Shown here one piece after another: positions 35,002 through 45,172 of a stretch of 64,000 nt of DNA (positions within the stretch are counted from its first letter, which is position 1; the number at the start of each line of letters is the position of its first letter). The notes below the pieces were generated by a model. That model was given only the letters and a program-made list of their open reading frames with translations. It had not been told where the DNA came from and searched no databases. The translations under genes and the position numbers were made by a program. The stretch comes from an uncultured Bdellovibrionales bacterium (lineage in GTDB: Bacteria > Bdellovibrionota_C > UBA2361 > SZUA-149 > DAOLCO01): NCBI GenBank assembly GCA_964612555.1, contig CAZTBW010000004.1, positions 123,713 through 187,712 on the forward strand, given 5' to 3'.

Positions 35002-37515
35002 ATGAAATCCTTTATCCTGAAACTATCCCTAAAGGATGGAATTAGACAGAAAGTCTCACTCTCAATTCTTTCTTCCTGCTGCATCCTCGCCACCGCCGCT
35101 CTGCTTGCGATCCTTTCTCTGAAGGCAAACATCAGCAGTGCCATTGAAGAAAACTCCAAATCTCTTCTGGGGGCAGACTTTGTTATATCCAGCAGACATG
35201 CACCTCTGCCTGAAACCGAAGTGTTCTTATCGGAGATTGAAAAACATACAAACTCAAAACCGCTTCTATCAAAAGAAATAGCCTTTGCTTCAATGGCACT
35301 ATTCAAGGAAAGCATGCGCAGTCGTCTGGTTCAGATCAGCGCTATCTCAGCTCCCTTTCCCTTGTATGGCACTCTTAAGATTGAACCGCCGGAGAGTACC
35401 TTCCTTGAAAGCGAAAACCGACATGCCCTTGTTGATCTTTCACTAAAAAGTCAGTTCAACCTGAGCACCGGACAGACTATTCAACTTGGAAACACAGAAT
35501 TTATCATCAGCGGTTTTATCGCTCAACTCCCGGGAGGCACCGAAGCAGGGGCGACACTGGCACCACGAATATTGATTCCATTATCACAGCTGGAATCAAC
35601 AAATTTGATACAAAAAGGGAGTATCGTACGTTATAAATATTTATATAAACTTCCCGTACACACCCCAATCAGCCGGGTCAAGAATCAACTACAGGAAAAA
35701 ATCACAGCACTAAATCTTTCTCTTGAAACGTACGAAGATCGGGCTGAAAGCCTGGAACGAAATATATCAATAGTGTACCGTTTTTTTGATAGCAGCACCA
35801 TTCTCAGCTTTCTCCTTGGTGGGATTGGAATATGGAGCGGAGCCCTTGTATATTTAAGGAAAAAAAGAAATTTTCTTGAGACACTATATCTCCTTGGTCT
35901 TAACAGAAAACAAATTCTGACAATACTCGGTTTTCAAATTTTCACCTTTGGCGCAGTAAGTACCATTATCGGGTGCGGGCTCGGCATACTTGTTCAGTAT
36001 ATTCTCCCAAAAATTATCTCAAACTTCACCCCGGTAGAGATTCCTTTCTTTATTTCCTGGAGTTCTCTCTTGTTGACCGTAACAAGCAGTATCTGGATTC
36101 TATTGATCTCCTCCTACCTTGCATTCTATACTCTTCAGCAGAGATCACATACTAATAGACATAAATTCCTCATTCCTGTACTGCTGCTTGCAGGCACTAC
36201 CTTACTCTGGCTTTTACTTATAACCGGGAGTGTTCTTACTTCGATCATATATACCGGATTTAGTATCATATTTTTTGGAATTCTATTCGGGATTTCATAT
36301 GTACTCAGAAAACTTGCCCGAAAAGTATCTTCTCACTTGCTTCACTTCCCCCTTTCACAGGGCATTAAAAATCTCTATCGTCCTTATAACCAGACCCTAA
36401 CATTACTGATTTCGATAGGCATAGTCTCTTTTTCTGCACTATTTATACTTATCACTCAAAGTAGTGCCATAAAAAAACTTGAATTACTCGAGACAGAAGG
36501 TATTTCTAACCTTCTGCTGTTCGATATTCAGGATGATCAGGTTGAGGAGCTATTTTCATTCCTGAAAGAGCACAAGCTCCCGGCAGTTTCACACGTACCC
36601 GTCATTACCATGCGAATGACAGAGGTAAAAGGAAATCGCATAGAAGAAATCAGAAAGAAAAATGAAATAGAAAAGAAAATCCCCACCTGGGTTCTCACAA
36701 GAGAATATCGCTCCAGTTACAAACCCCAACTTGATGAAAGCGAAATAGTCACAGAAGGAAATTATATTGGACGCTGGGATACTTCAGAAACAAACCCCAT
36801 ACCAATTTCCGTTGAAAAAGGGATTGTTGACAAACTCGAACTATCTTTAGGTGATAAAATACGTTTCTCCGTCCAGGGAGTTGAAATAGAAACTTTTGTT
36901 TCCAGCATACGAAAAGTAAACTGGCAACAGTTTAAACCAAACTTTTTCATACTGTTTCCCGAAGGAGCTCTCGAAGGAGCGCCTCAGACAAGCATCATAT
37001 CCACAAGATATGATTCCCAGGAACAGAATGCGATTTTTCAAAATGAACTCGTACAAAAATTTGGTAACATCTCGGCAATAGATCTTGAACTTGTAATAGC
37101 CACTGCCCGATCTATTTCATCCCAGTTGAAAAACACCGTTTTATTTCTGAGCCTGATCATTATCTCAAGTGCCCTGGTAATTCTTTCCGGTATTATCTGG
37201 GCAAGCAGAGCAAGCAGAACTGAAGAGAGCGTACTCCTGAGAACCCTTGGTGCTCAAAGAAACACTCTCATCTCAATGCTCTTTTACGAATATTTCGCAC
37301 TGGGAGTACTTGGCAGCTTTGCCGGTGCCATAATAGCTTTTGGTGCGGGAGCTGTTTTTTCCACGTATTTTCTTGAAACGCCTTTATTTATTCCCTTTAT
37401 ACCCAGTTTTCTAACTTTTTTAACGATAATTCTGGTGGTTATCATCCTTGGCTCACTTGGTGCGATTGGTACCCTGAGAAAAGGTACAATAGAGTCATAC
37501 AGAGCCCTTGAATAA
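35002..37515 (+). CDS. ABC transporter permease, FtsX-like with two FtsX domains (YbbP-like)
   Basis: 837 aa; duplicated 4-TM FtsX-type modules separated by large periplasmic domains; adjacent to ATPase. Confidence 0.75.
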   Translation: MKSFILKLSLKDGIRQKVSLSILSSCCILATAALLAILSLKANISSAIEENSKSLLGADFVISSRHAPLPETEVFLSEIEKHTNSKPLLSKEIAFASMALFKESMRSRLVQISAISAPFPLYGTLKIEPPESTFLESENRHALVDLSLKSQFNLSTGQTIQLGNTEFIISGFIAQLPGGTEAGATLAPRILIPLSQLESTNLIQKGSIVRYKYLYKLPVHTPISRVKNQLQEKITALNLSLETYEDRAESLERNISIVYRFFDSSTILSFLLGGIGIWSGALVYLRKKRNFLETLYLLGLNRKQILTILGFQIFTFGAVSTIIGCGLGILVQYILPKIISNFTPVEIPFFISWSSLLLTVTSSIWILLISSYLAFYTLQQRSHTNRHKFLIPVLLLAGTTLLWLLLITGSVLTSIIYTGFSIIFFGILFGISYVLRKLARKVSSHLLHFPLSQGIKNLYRPYNQTLTLLISIGIVSFSALFILITQSSAIKKLELLETEGISNLLLFDIQDDQVEELFSFLKEHKLPAVSHVPVITMRMTEVKGNRIEEIRKKNEIEKKIPTWVLTREYRSSYKPQLDESEIVTEGNYIGRWDTSETNPIPISVEKGIVDKLELSLGDKIRFSVQGVEIETFVSSIRKVNWQQFKPNFFILFPEGALEGAPQTSIISTRYDSQEQNAIFQNELVQKFGNISAIDLELVIATARSISSQLKNTVLFLSLIIISSALVILSGIIWASRASRTEESVLLRTLGAQRNTLISMLFYEYFALGVLGSFAGAIIAFGAGAVFSTYFLETPLFIPFIPSFLTFLTIILVVIILGSLGAIGTLRKGTIESYRALE

Positions 37516-37578
37516 CTAAATTACCTCTTTTTCCTCTTTGTTCTTAACACCGGGGAACAAACGTGGCATAATAATGGT

Positions 37579-38007
37579 ATGAGAGAATTGACGAACAAAG
37601 TTTTCACCTCGCTTCTTAGCTTTATGCTTGTTCCTGCAATAAGCTGTGTTTGTTGTGAGGTCTCTCATGCTGAAAGCAGTAAAGATCACTGCTGCCATGA
37701 TGAAGTAGAAACTCACGGCGCTTCATCTGATTCCGGATCTTCCTGTTACGGAGACTGCCTGCTTCAAGGTATCTCAAGAGAGACAAATGCCCTCCTTACC
37801 TCGTCCAAAACAAAAAATGAGTCTCTTCTCCTCCAGTCAGGAGATTCAAGTGATGGAAACAAGTTTTTAGCTCTTTCGGTTACTATACCTACCGAACTTG
37901 AAATACTTGCCGGGTATTTCCACTTCAGTGATTTTAAAATCAGCTCTGGAAACCCTGTTAAATCATCGCCTCAGCAGGGAAGATCTCCTCCACTGACTGT
38001 TCTCTAA
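37579..38007 (+). CDS. secreted Cys/His-rich small protein (metal-binding candidate)
   Basis: Signal peptide; CVCCEVSHAESSKDHCCHDEVETH...CYGDC cluster; 142 aa. Confidence 0.4.
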   Translation: MRELTNKVFTSLLSFMLVPAISCVCCEVSHAESSKDHCCHDEVETHGASSDSGSSCYGDCLLQGISRETNALLTSSKTKNESLLLQSGDSSDGNKFLALSVTIPTELEILAGYFHFSDFKISSGNPVKSSPQQGRSPPLTVL

Positions 38008-38067
38008 AGATTTCTTGAGAATAGTTATGGTTATAATTAAATTAATAGTTAGTTAGGAGATATATTT

Positions 38068-38277
38068 ATGAAACGTGCAATATTACTATCACTTGCTTTC
38101 CTTTTTGGAGCACCTTCGGCATTTGCGGGCTCTCATTGTGAAAAAAGCTGTCACAATGAGAAATGTACCTGCGAAAGCAGTTGCGAGAAGAAGGAAGAAG
38201 GTGGTGAATGTACTTGTGAAAATTGTCAGTGTGAGTGCTGTAACCATGAAAAAAAGGATAACGATTCTGCTGAATAA
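38068..38277 (+). CDS. secreted Cys-rich (metallothionein-like) small protein
   Basis: AGGAGA RBS; signal peptide then 14 Cys in 50 aa (HCEKSCHNEKCTCESSCEKK..ECTCENCQCECCNHE); followed by strong terminator. Confidence 0.55.
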   Translation: MKRAILLSLAFLFGAPSAFAGSHCEKSCHNEKCTCESSCEKKEEGGECTCENCQCECCNHEKKDNDSAE

Positions 38278-38317
38278 TTTTTACACTGAATATTTTTTCT
38301 CTGTGTGAAAATTTAAG

Positions 38318-38348
38318 GGTGACACCCTCCGGTGTCACCTTTTTTTTA
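38318..38348 (+). terminator. rho-independent terminator
   Basis: GGTGACACC-ctcc-GGTGTCACC followed by TTTTTTTTATT. Confidence 0.8.
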
Positions 38349-38383
38349 TTGCCTAATTTTTTACGGCGTTCTAGTTTGGGGAC

Positions 38384-38980
38384 ATGAATTCCTTTAATAC
38401 AAAAAAAATAACATCACTGCTCGCTCTTCTTGTCTTGTTTATTTTCGCTTACAATTCCGAGTCTCATGCCGAGGAATCTCATGCTGGAGAAAAGGGAGTA
38501 GAACTGGGTCATCATTATGAAGACCACAGCAAAACCAAAGCCCCTGAAGAAAAAAAGAAAAAGAAATCCTCATCAATCCTCTCAAAAGTAGTATTATATG
38601 TACCAAATCGAATTTTCGATTTTCTGGACATTTTCAGGTTACGGGTTCGGGTGGGTCCAGGGATTGGTCTTGGAGTTCGGGCGACTGAGCCCCTGAGCTT
38701 CTATGCCGGGTCTCATGCCACGATCTATGCAGGGCTTCCCGGTCCAAGACAGAGTCCGAGTATTCCTCTTCCAATAGGCGCAGAAACGGTTGCGGGGGGT
38801 CGGCTTAGTCTCATTGATGGAGTTATTGCTGCGGACACTTCAGCCAGACATTCTTTTAGTGAAATAGGGGTGGAAACCCAATTATTGTTAGTAGGGGTAG
38901 ATGTTGGTGTTGACCCTGTGGAGATTCTTGACTTCTTCACGGGCTTCTTTTTCATACAAATCCGGGATGATGATTTATAG
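38384..38980 (+). CDS. secreted protein with His-rich N-terminal region and Gly-rich beta-rich C-terminal domain
   Basis: Signal peptide; ESHAEESHAGEKGVELGHHYEDHSK; 198 aa. Confidence 0.4.
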   Translation: MNSFNTKKITSLLALLVLFIFAYNSESHAEESHAGEKGVELGHHYEDHSKTKAPEEKKKKKSSSILSKVVLYVPNRIFDFLDIFRLRVRVGPGIGLGVRATEPLSFYAGSHATIYAGLPGPRQSPSIPLPIGAETVAGGRLSLIDGVIAADTSARHSFSEIGVETQLLLVGVDVGVDPVEILDFFTGFFFIQIRDDDL

Positions 38981-39094
38981 GAAAGCCGCCCCTTCCTGTT
39001 GCAGTTGCTATTGCAGTTGAAAGAACTACGCTGTAAAAGAGTATCATCAAAAACCCTGTTATAATCTAAAACAATTTAAATAATAATTTCAACA

Positions 39095-40381
39095 ATGAAC
39101 GAAGTGCAGCTCCCTCAGGAAACTCTAAAAAACCTGGAGAAAAAATATTCTCTTCAATTTGAAGAATTAAAAAAAAGAAACCTCTCTCTTGACATGACAA
39201 GGGGTAAACCCGGCACCGAACAACTTAATCTTACGAATGAACTTGATGGAATTCTCCGAGGTGAGTACTTCAGTTCTTCAAACATGGACACGAGAAATTA
39301 TGGGGGACTGGACGGGCTTCCTGAAGCAAAGGAACTTTTTGCTCCTGTTCTTGGGGTTGATAAGGAAGAAATGATAGTAGCCGGTAACAGCAGTCTTACC
39401 TTGATGTACCAATATATCGACTGTGTTTTTAATCATGGGGCTTTTAATCATGGGACATCAGGAAAGGAATCTGCCTGGAAAAATATTCCTGAAGCAAGCT
39501 TCCTCTGTCCTGTTCCCGGTTATGATCGTCACTTTTCCATTTGCGAATTTCTTGGAATAAAAATGATTCCCGTTCCTTTGCTTGAGGATGGTGTAGATCT
39601 TGGCGTTATTCAGTCACTTTTGAAGTCTGATAAATCAATTTGCGGTATGTGGTCGGTACCAAAATATTCCAATCCCGGTGGAGTAGTGTACAGCCATGAA
39701 AACATTGAAGGACTTTGTGAAATCCTGAAACTTGCCCGTCCCGAGTTCAGACTGATGTGGGACAACGCCTATGCGGTTCACGATCTCCCGGAACATCCAA
39801 AGGAGCTTTCCCCGGTCTTAGCACTCGCAAAGAAATATGGTGTTGAAGACAAAGTAGTTCTCTTTGGGTCAACTTCTAAAATTACCTTTGCAGGTGCGGG
39901 AGTGGCTTTCTGTGCCATGAGCATGAAAAATCGCTCTACCTTTACCAACTACATCTCCTACCAAACCATTGGACCTGACAAAATAAATCAGCTTCGGCAC
40001 GTCGCTTTTTTCAAAAATTTTGAGAATCTGAAGCAGCATATGAAAAAGCATTCAGAAATTCTTAAACCAAAATTTGAAGCGGTACTGTCCGCACTGGAAT
40101 CTGAGTTTTCTGAATACCCCTTCCTGAAATGGACTACTCCTGAGGGGGGATATTTTATTTCTGTAGACACCCTCCCCGGACTTGCAAGTGAAGTGGTGTC
40201 TCTTTGTGATGAGATGGGGGTCAAAATTACTCCGGCGGGAGCAACGTATCCTTACAGAAAAGACCCGCACAATACGAATATCCGTCTTGCTCCCAGTTTT
40301 CCGGAAATTAAGCAAATCAGGATGGCTATGGAAGCTTTTACAACCGCAGTAGGGCTTGCAAGCACAAGAAAGCTTCTTTAA
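39095..40381 (+). CDS. PLP-dependent aminotransferase, class I/II fold
   Basis: 428 aa; fold-type I pattern with candidate PLP Lys in GSTSKITFAGAG. Confidence 0.55.
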   Translation: MNEVQLPQETLKNLEKKYSLQFEELKKRNLSLDMTRGKPGTEQLNLTNELDGILRGEYFSSSNMDTRNYGGLDGLPEAKELFAPVLGVDKEEMIVAGNSSLTLMYQYIDCVFNHGAFNHGTSGKESAWKNIPEASFLCPVPGYDRHFSICEFLGIKMIPVPLLEDGVDLGVIQSLLKSDKSICGMWSVPKYSNPGGVVYSHENIEGLCEILKLARPEFRLMWDNAYAVHDLPEHPKELSPVLALAKKYGVEDKVVLFGSTSKITFAGAGVAFCAMSMKNRSTFTNYISYQTIGPDKINQLRHVAFFKNFENLKQHMKKHSEILKPKFEAVLSALESEFSEYPFLKWTTPEGGYFISVDTLPGLASEVVSLCDEMGVKITPAGATYPYRKDPHNTNIRLAPSFPEIKQIRMAMEAFTTAVGLASTRKLL

Positions 40382-40445
40382 CTTGCCTCCATGTACGTGT
40401 AAGGATTATAATAACCGTGGGTAAAAACAAAGGGAGAGAGGATTT

Positions 40446-40850
40446 ATGAGCATAATTAAGCATTTATTTTTAGTGCTGTTATTGGCTTCGGCAGTTGCTT
40501 GTGGTGGTGGGGGCGGTGGTAGTTCTTTTTCCGGGGATTATATTTTCAAAACAAATCTTGAGTGGGATGGTTGCCGACTCAATGTTGGAATATACAGAGA
40601 AGTGCTGATCAGGGTAGATCAGGACGGAGACCGAATAGTGGTTACTAATCTTGTATCCGGAGCTGTTCTTGAAGGAACAACCGTGGGAAATGGCTGGATT
40701 GCTTCATCCAATGAATCAGAAGAAGGCTGCATATCCTCAGTCCAGATGGCGTACAATGGCGATGACAAAGGTTCACTGACTGCTTCCGTAAACTGCTCAG
40801 GAGGCGGCTCTTGCGTTACAGAATATTCTGCAATTGTAGACAGGCTTTAA
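40446..40850 (+). CDS. lipoprotein with Gly-rich linker, unknown
   Basis: Signal peptide ...SAVAC followed by GGGGGGSS; 134 aa. Confidence 0.4.
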   Translation: MSIIKHLFLVLLLASAVACGGGGGGSSFSGDYIFKTNLEWDGCRLNVGIYREVLIRVDQDGDRIVVTNLVSGAVLEGTTVGNGWIASSNESEEGCISSVQMAYNGDDKGSLTASVNCSGGGSCVTEYSAIVDRL

Positions 40851-40884
40851 TTACTGCACACGCCTTTTAGTTAACAAAAGAATT

Positions 40885-40912
40885 GCGGACGCATCTTCAC
40901 AGATGCATCCGC
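40885..40912. terminator. hairpin between convergent genes (possible bidirectional terminator)
   Basis: GCGGACGCATCT-tcac-AGATGCATCCGC; A-run on + side, T-rich on - side. Confidence 0.4.
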
Positions 40913-40982
40913 AAAAAACCCCGGAATGGAAAAACAGAAGGGGAAGACTCTCAGCAAGAGCAATTCTTGATTTGCATATTGT

Positions 40983-41876
40983 TTATCTCTTGCTCGCACT
41001 TGCAACGTGGAGCTTCACGTTTTCTTCTTTCTGGGTATCCCCATCATGGGTATTCCCAGTGGAAGAAAAGCCTTTTAAATAAGCACTCACAGTGCCGACA
41101 AATACTTCGGTTTCAATTTTAAGAACGTCCCTGCTCTCATCAGCAGCTATCCATATTTCTGCTTTCCTGAAGCGTTTTTCTCCTTCAGTGTCAGTAAGTT
41201 TTTTAAGTGAGGGAATCACTTTATATGCTTTTCTCTTCAGTTTTTGACCAGGGAGGGAAATATCCTCTATAGACGTCACTTCAAACGAAATAAGATAGCG
41301 GTTTTTTGCATTATAGACATCAAACGAAGCCTTCTGCCCAATCTTTATGGGAATACTTCTGGCAAGAAACGCTGCTGAGATAGGGTCCAGAGTTTGATTA
41401 TTGGTAACAAACTCCCTCTCTTCTTCGAGCTTGCCATTTTTCTCAAGAACAGAACGTATATGACCATCATCGCCAAAAGTGATTTCACTGCTTTTCTTTC
41501 TTGAGTTCTCGGTCTGGTTAAAGGAAAAGCGAATTGGCTTAAGATTGTCTTTATAAAACAAGCTGTGACTTGTATGACGAAGCTTGTAAAATATCCCGAT
41601 AACCTTATTTGTTTTGGCGTTTGCTTCTACAAAATAGGCATCTGCCGAATCGACTTCTTTATCCTGAACATTAATTGAAGCCGACGCAACCGGGATACCT
41701 TGCCAGCTTACTTCATACTCAAAAACACCCTTGTTAAATTCAGTGGTGTGAGGTGTGTAGTGTTCTGTTTGAACACGGACAGAGGCTGGATCAATATATT
41801 CAGAACTGACTGCACCACTGATACAAAAAATCAGAGCACCTGTTAGCAACACAAGAATGAATAATTTTTTCGACAT
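40983..41876 (-). CDS. secreted protein, possibly DUF3108-like
   Basis: Signal peptide; beta-rich 297 aa; motif YEVSWQGIPVASASI. Confidence 0.35.
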   Translation of the reverse strand: MSKKLFILVLLTGALIFCISGAVSSEYIDPASVRVQTEHYTPHTTEFNKGVFEYEVSWQGIPVASASINVQDKEVDSADAYFVEANAKTNKVIGIFYKLRHTSHSLFYKDNLKPIRFSFNQTENSRKKSSEITFGDDGHIRSVLEKNGKLEEEREFVTNNQTLDPISAAFLARSIPIKIGQKASFDVYNAKNRYLISFEVTSIEDISLPGQKLKRKAYKVIPSLKKLTDTEGEKRFRKAEIWIAADESRDVLKIETEVFVGTVSAYLKGFSSTGNTHDGDTQKEENVKLHVASASKR

Positions 41877-42173
41877 AGGTTCCGCTCAGTTCCGGTTAAG
41901 CATTAAGCAAGGTCTCCCTAATCCTAGCATAAATCGCGAATCATTAAAAACATTGAGTAAGGGCAGTTGCGGGCGATTTTAAATCTGTTTTTTTGATAAA
42001 AATAAAAAAAAACGTATTTGTAACAACAAGTTAAGAAATCACTATCAGAAATGGGAAAAATCAGAAAAGGGTGGTGCTTGTGTTTTAAGGTAGGGGCTCT
42101 TTATGATATAGGGCTTTCTTAAAGGATCTTTATTTCTTTTAAAATAGATTAGCTGCTAATCAAGGGGTCTCTC

Positions 42174-44540
42174 ATGTATCTTCTTCGTTATTTCCTTCTT
42201 TTCTTTCTATCCCTCTTTATCCTGTCAGACGCCGCAGTAGCAGCTCCTTTTGATTGCAACAATAATGGCATTGATGACGCCACCGATATCGAACTTGGCA
42301 CAAGTGAAGACTGTAATGGAAACGGCATTCCCGATGAATGTGACGTAAGTGCTTCCGGTTTTACTTTTAGAGAGTTCAAGGAACTTGAATTAAAAAGTGT
42401 TATGCTTAGCGGGTTTCCAAATCAACTGGTGCCGACAAAAGTTGCGGACTTTAATGGAGATGGACATCCTGATCTTTGGGGGATGTTCAGTTATACTACC
42501 TTTGGAGGACATTACATAATATTTATTTATCTGAATCAAGGTGATAACACCTTTACTGCACCAATTGAGATTCCATTTACAGGCACCACCGGTTTTATAA
42601 ATATATCGATATCCGACCCTGTCGCTATAGACATTGATTCGGATGGTGATCTGGATATCGTATTTCGTCATGATACCGTGGCATGGAGACATAACCCGCC
42701 ATCTGCGGGGTTTCTTGTTTCAGTATTGGAAAATGATGGTGAAGGAAATTTCACACGTAAAGAAACCAATATTCCATCACTACTCCCTCCCCGATCAGCA
42801 ACTTCAACACTGCCATCAAAACTTGTGGCGACAAGTTTTGCACACGTTAATTCAAAAGACCTTGCAATGATACATGAAGGCAGGGTGTATGCATTGTATA
42901 ACATCGGAAATCTGGAATTTGTTCATTTTGACATGGGTGCAAGTGGTCAGGCTGATAATCTGGGGTTTTTTCCCGAACGCTTTCCGGGGAGTGTTAATAT
43001 GTCTCAGACAAGAATTTTTAGCTCAACTTCCGATGAAGGGTTTCTTATGGGTCCGGGTGATGGCTCTCTACAGAGATTCACTCATGGAGAGGATATTGGT
43101 TTTAGTGATATTAAACAAGTAGTATCTCCTGAAAACTATACAGCAGCACACCTGATGAAAGGAACGCCGGCAAATCCCGGTAACAAGGGATACAGCACCA
43201 TTATGACTCAGCCATTTTCCGGAGGAGGAAGAAAAACATTTCCGGCAGGTGTTGGCAGTGTTCAAGAGCTTTTCATAGCGGATTTCAATGGTGACGGGGC
43301 TTCTGATGTAGTGTTTTTTGGTGCGGGAGATATTCATTCAAAAAGCGGAATACAAATACTCCTGAATGAAGAGCCTAATGATTTTTCAAATCGCCTGAAC
43401 ATTTTTATGCCGCCATCAGCAAAGCAGGCAATCACAGTGTTTGATTTCGATAATGACGGAAAACCTGATATTCTTTTTAAAGCAAAAGAAGAAGGAAAAA
43501 TGCTTATTGGTTTTAATGGAACAACATATCCTCTTACTCCGGCACTGGAAGCTGATCTTGATGCAAACTATATTCCGGATATTTGTGAACGGACGGTTCC
43601 GGGTGACTTTAATGGAGATAGAAAAGGTGATCGGGTAGTTGTTAGAAACTATTCAGGGCAGCTTTTATGGTTAATCTCACCTGATTCATTTACATATGTC
43701 ACTTCTCCGACCACCAACATTCCATTTGGGCTTGCCGGTGATACACTTCTTGCCGGAGATTTTAATGGTCAGGGAAAAATCAGTCCGGGGGTGATACGTA
43801 AAAATGGTGATTATCTGGACTGGTACTGGCTGAAATCTGATGATTCTACCGCTGTGATTTCTTATGGCTTGAGAAATGATACGCCCCTTAGCGGGTACTT
43901 CAATGCTGATAAAACTCTTGATCGTGTTGTAGTGAGAGATCATCTGGGAGGTTTATTGTGGTTGATCAACACGGATGGGGAAAGTCATTCGGTACATTCG
44001 ATGTATCAGTTTGGGCTCACTGGTGATACTCCTTTTACTGCGGATATGGATGGGGATGGAATATCCGAACTGATAGTTTCGAGAACACTGAGTAGTGGAC
44101 AGGTTGTCTGGTATGCACTTTTTATAAACAGTCAGGAAGTGCTCGGTCCCTACCCCTGGGGACTACGAGGAGACCTTCTTATGCCTCCGACTGATTTTGA
44201 TGGAAGTGGCAGGGCGCAATATCTTGTGGCAAGACCAATTAATGGTTTCCTGAATACATTCCATAACTCACCACTTAGAGAAAATTATAATGTCTATACC
44301 GATGTTCAGAAACTTTTTGGTCTTCCGGGGGATCATCTCCATGTAGCGTACCGATTGGGGCTTCCGTATGGACATCTAAGTGTCTGGCGACCAAGCAATT
44401 ATTTTTGGAATGACGGTTTACAATTTTCTCAGTTCTGGGATTCAATAGGAGAAAGCCTCTTCCCAAGTACTTATGGCTTTACCGGTGATGTACTGATCGG
44501 CATTGATGGAAAAGCCGTCGGGAGATACGACGGAAGGTAA
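42174..44540 (+). CDS. secreted FG-GAP/VCBS repeat protein with N-terminal dockerin/EF-hand-like Ca-binding motifs
   Basis: Signal peptide; DCNNNGIDDATD / DCNGNGIPDECD motifs; repeated DFNGDG..D, DFDNDGKPD, DMDGDG FG-GAP signatures; 788 aa. Confidence 0.6.
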   Translation: MYLLRYFLLFFLSLFILSDAAVAAPFDCNNNGIDDATDIELGTSEDCNGNGIPDECDVSASGFTFREFKELELKSVMLSGFPNQLVPTKVADFNGDGHPDLWGMFSYTTFGGHYIIFIYLNQGDNTFTAPIEIPFTGTTGFINISISDPVAIDIDSDGDLDIVFRHDTVAWRHNPPSAGFLVSVLENDGEGNFTRKETNIPSLLPPRSATSTLPSKLVATSFAHVNSKDLAMIHEGRVYALYNIGNLEFVHFDMGASGQADNLGFFPERFPGSVNMSQTRIFSSTSDEGFLMGPGDGSLQRFTHGEDIGFSDIKQVVSPENYTAAHLMKGTPANPGNKGYSTIMTQPFSGGGRKTFPAGVGSVQELFIADFNGDGASDVVFFGAGDIHSKSGIQILLNEEPNDFSNRLNIFMPPSAKQAITVFDFDNDGKPDILFKAKEEGKMLIGFNGTTYPLTPALEADLDANYIPDICERTVPGDFNGDRKGDRVVVRNYSGQLLWLISPDSFTYVTSPTTNIPFGLAGDTLLAGDFNGQGKISPGVIRKNGDYLDWYWLKSDDSTAVISYGLRNDTPLSGYFNADKTLDRVVVRDHLGGLLWLINTDGESHSVHSMYQFGLTGDTPFTADMDGDGISELIVSRTLSSGQVVWYALFINSQEVLGPYPWGLRGDLLMPPTDFDGSGRAQYLVARPINGFLNTFHNSPLRENYNVYTDVQKLFGLPGDHLHVAYRLGLPYGHLSVWRPSNYFWNDGLQFSQFWDSIGESLFPSTYGFTGDVLIGIDGKAVGRYDGR

Positions 44541-44551
44541 AGATAAAGTTT

Positions 44552-45172
44552 TTGACGACTTCAATAGACACTTCACTACTAAAAAAAGAATCTCCGAATC
44601 TTTACGGAAAGATTTTGCGTATGTATGGATCCGTACCCGAACCTTGTAAAATTGCCTATGACTTTGCAAGAGAACATGGTGGGAATAGTGAAATCTGGTT
44701 TACGAGGGAAGAAGGGGTGTCGTTTAATCCCAGGGCTGCAAGGGTAGGGGTTATTTTGATTGAAGGTGTGGGTAGTTCTGAGGCTGTGGCAATTGAAACA
44801 CTGTATCTTGGTATCCTCTCAAGTATCCTCATATATCCTGATTCTCTTAAAAGAATGGAAGACACTATAGATAGTAAAGAAATATCTTTTGAGAAATTCA
44901 GAGATATGCACTCTGAATATACACAGTTAGCAGGTCATCCTCCGGATATAAAGCCTGAACATGCAAAAATTTTTATTTCACTTTTTATAGATAAAATGAG
45001 ACATATACATTTGTGTGAATCAGATAAAACAAAACTCATAGGTGAAACGTATGGTGAGGCAAAATATTACCATGATCTATCTGAAAAACATTTTCATTAT
45101 TACAAACCATTTATTGCCCACTGGATGAAGAGATATTCAAATCATGAAAGCCACGGTATCAACAGTAAATAA
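44552..45172 (+). CDS. hypothetical protein
   Basis: 206 aa, no motif recognised. Confidence 0.3.
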   Translation: MTTSIDTSLLKKESPNLYGKILRMYGSVPEPCKIAYDFAREHGGNSEIWFTREEGVSFNPRAARVGVILIEGVGSSEAVAIETLYLGILSSILIYPDSLKRMEDTIDSKEISFEKFRDMHSEYTQLAGHPPDIKPEHAKIFISLFIDKMRHIHLCESDKTKLIGETYGEAKYYHDLSEKHFHYYKPFIAHWMKRYSNHESHGINSK

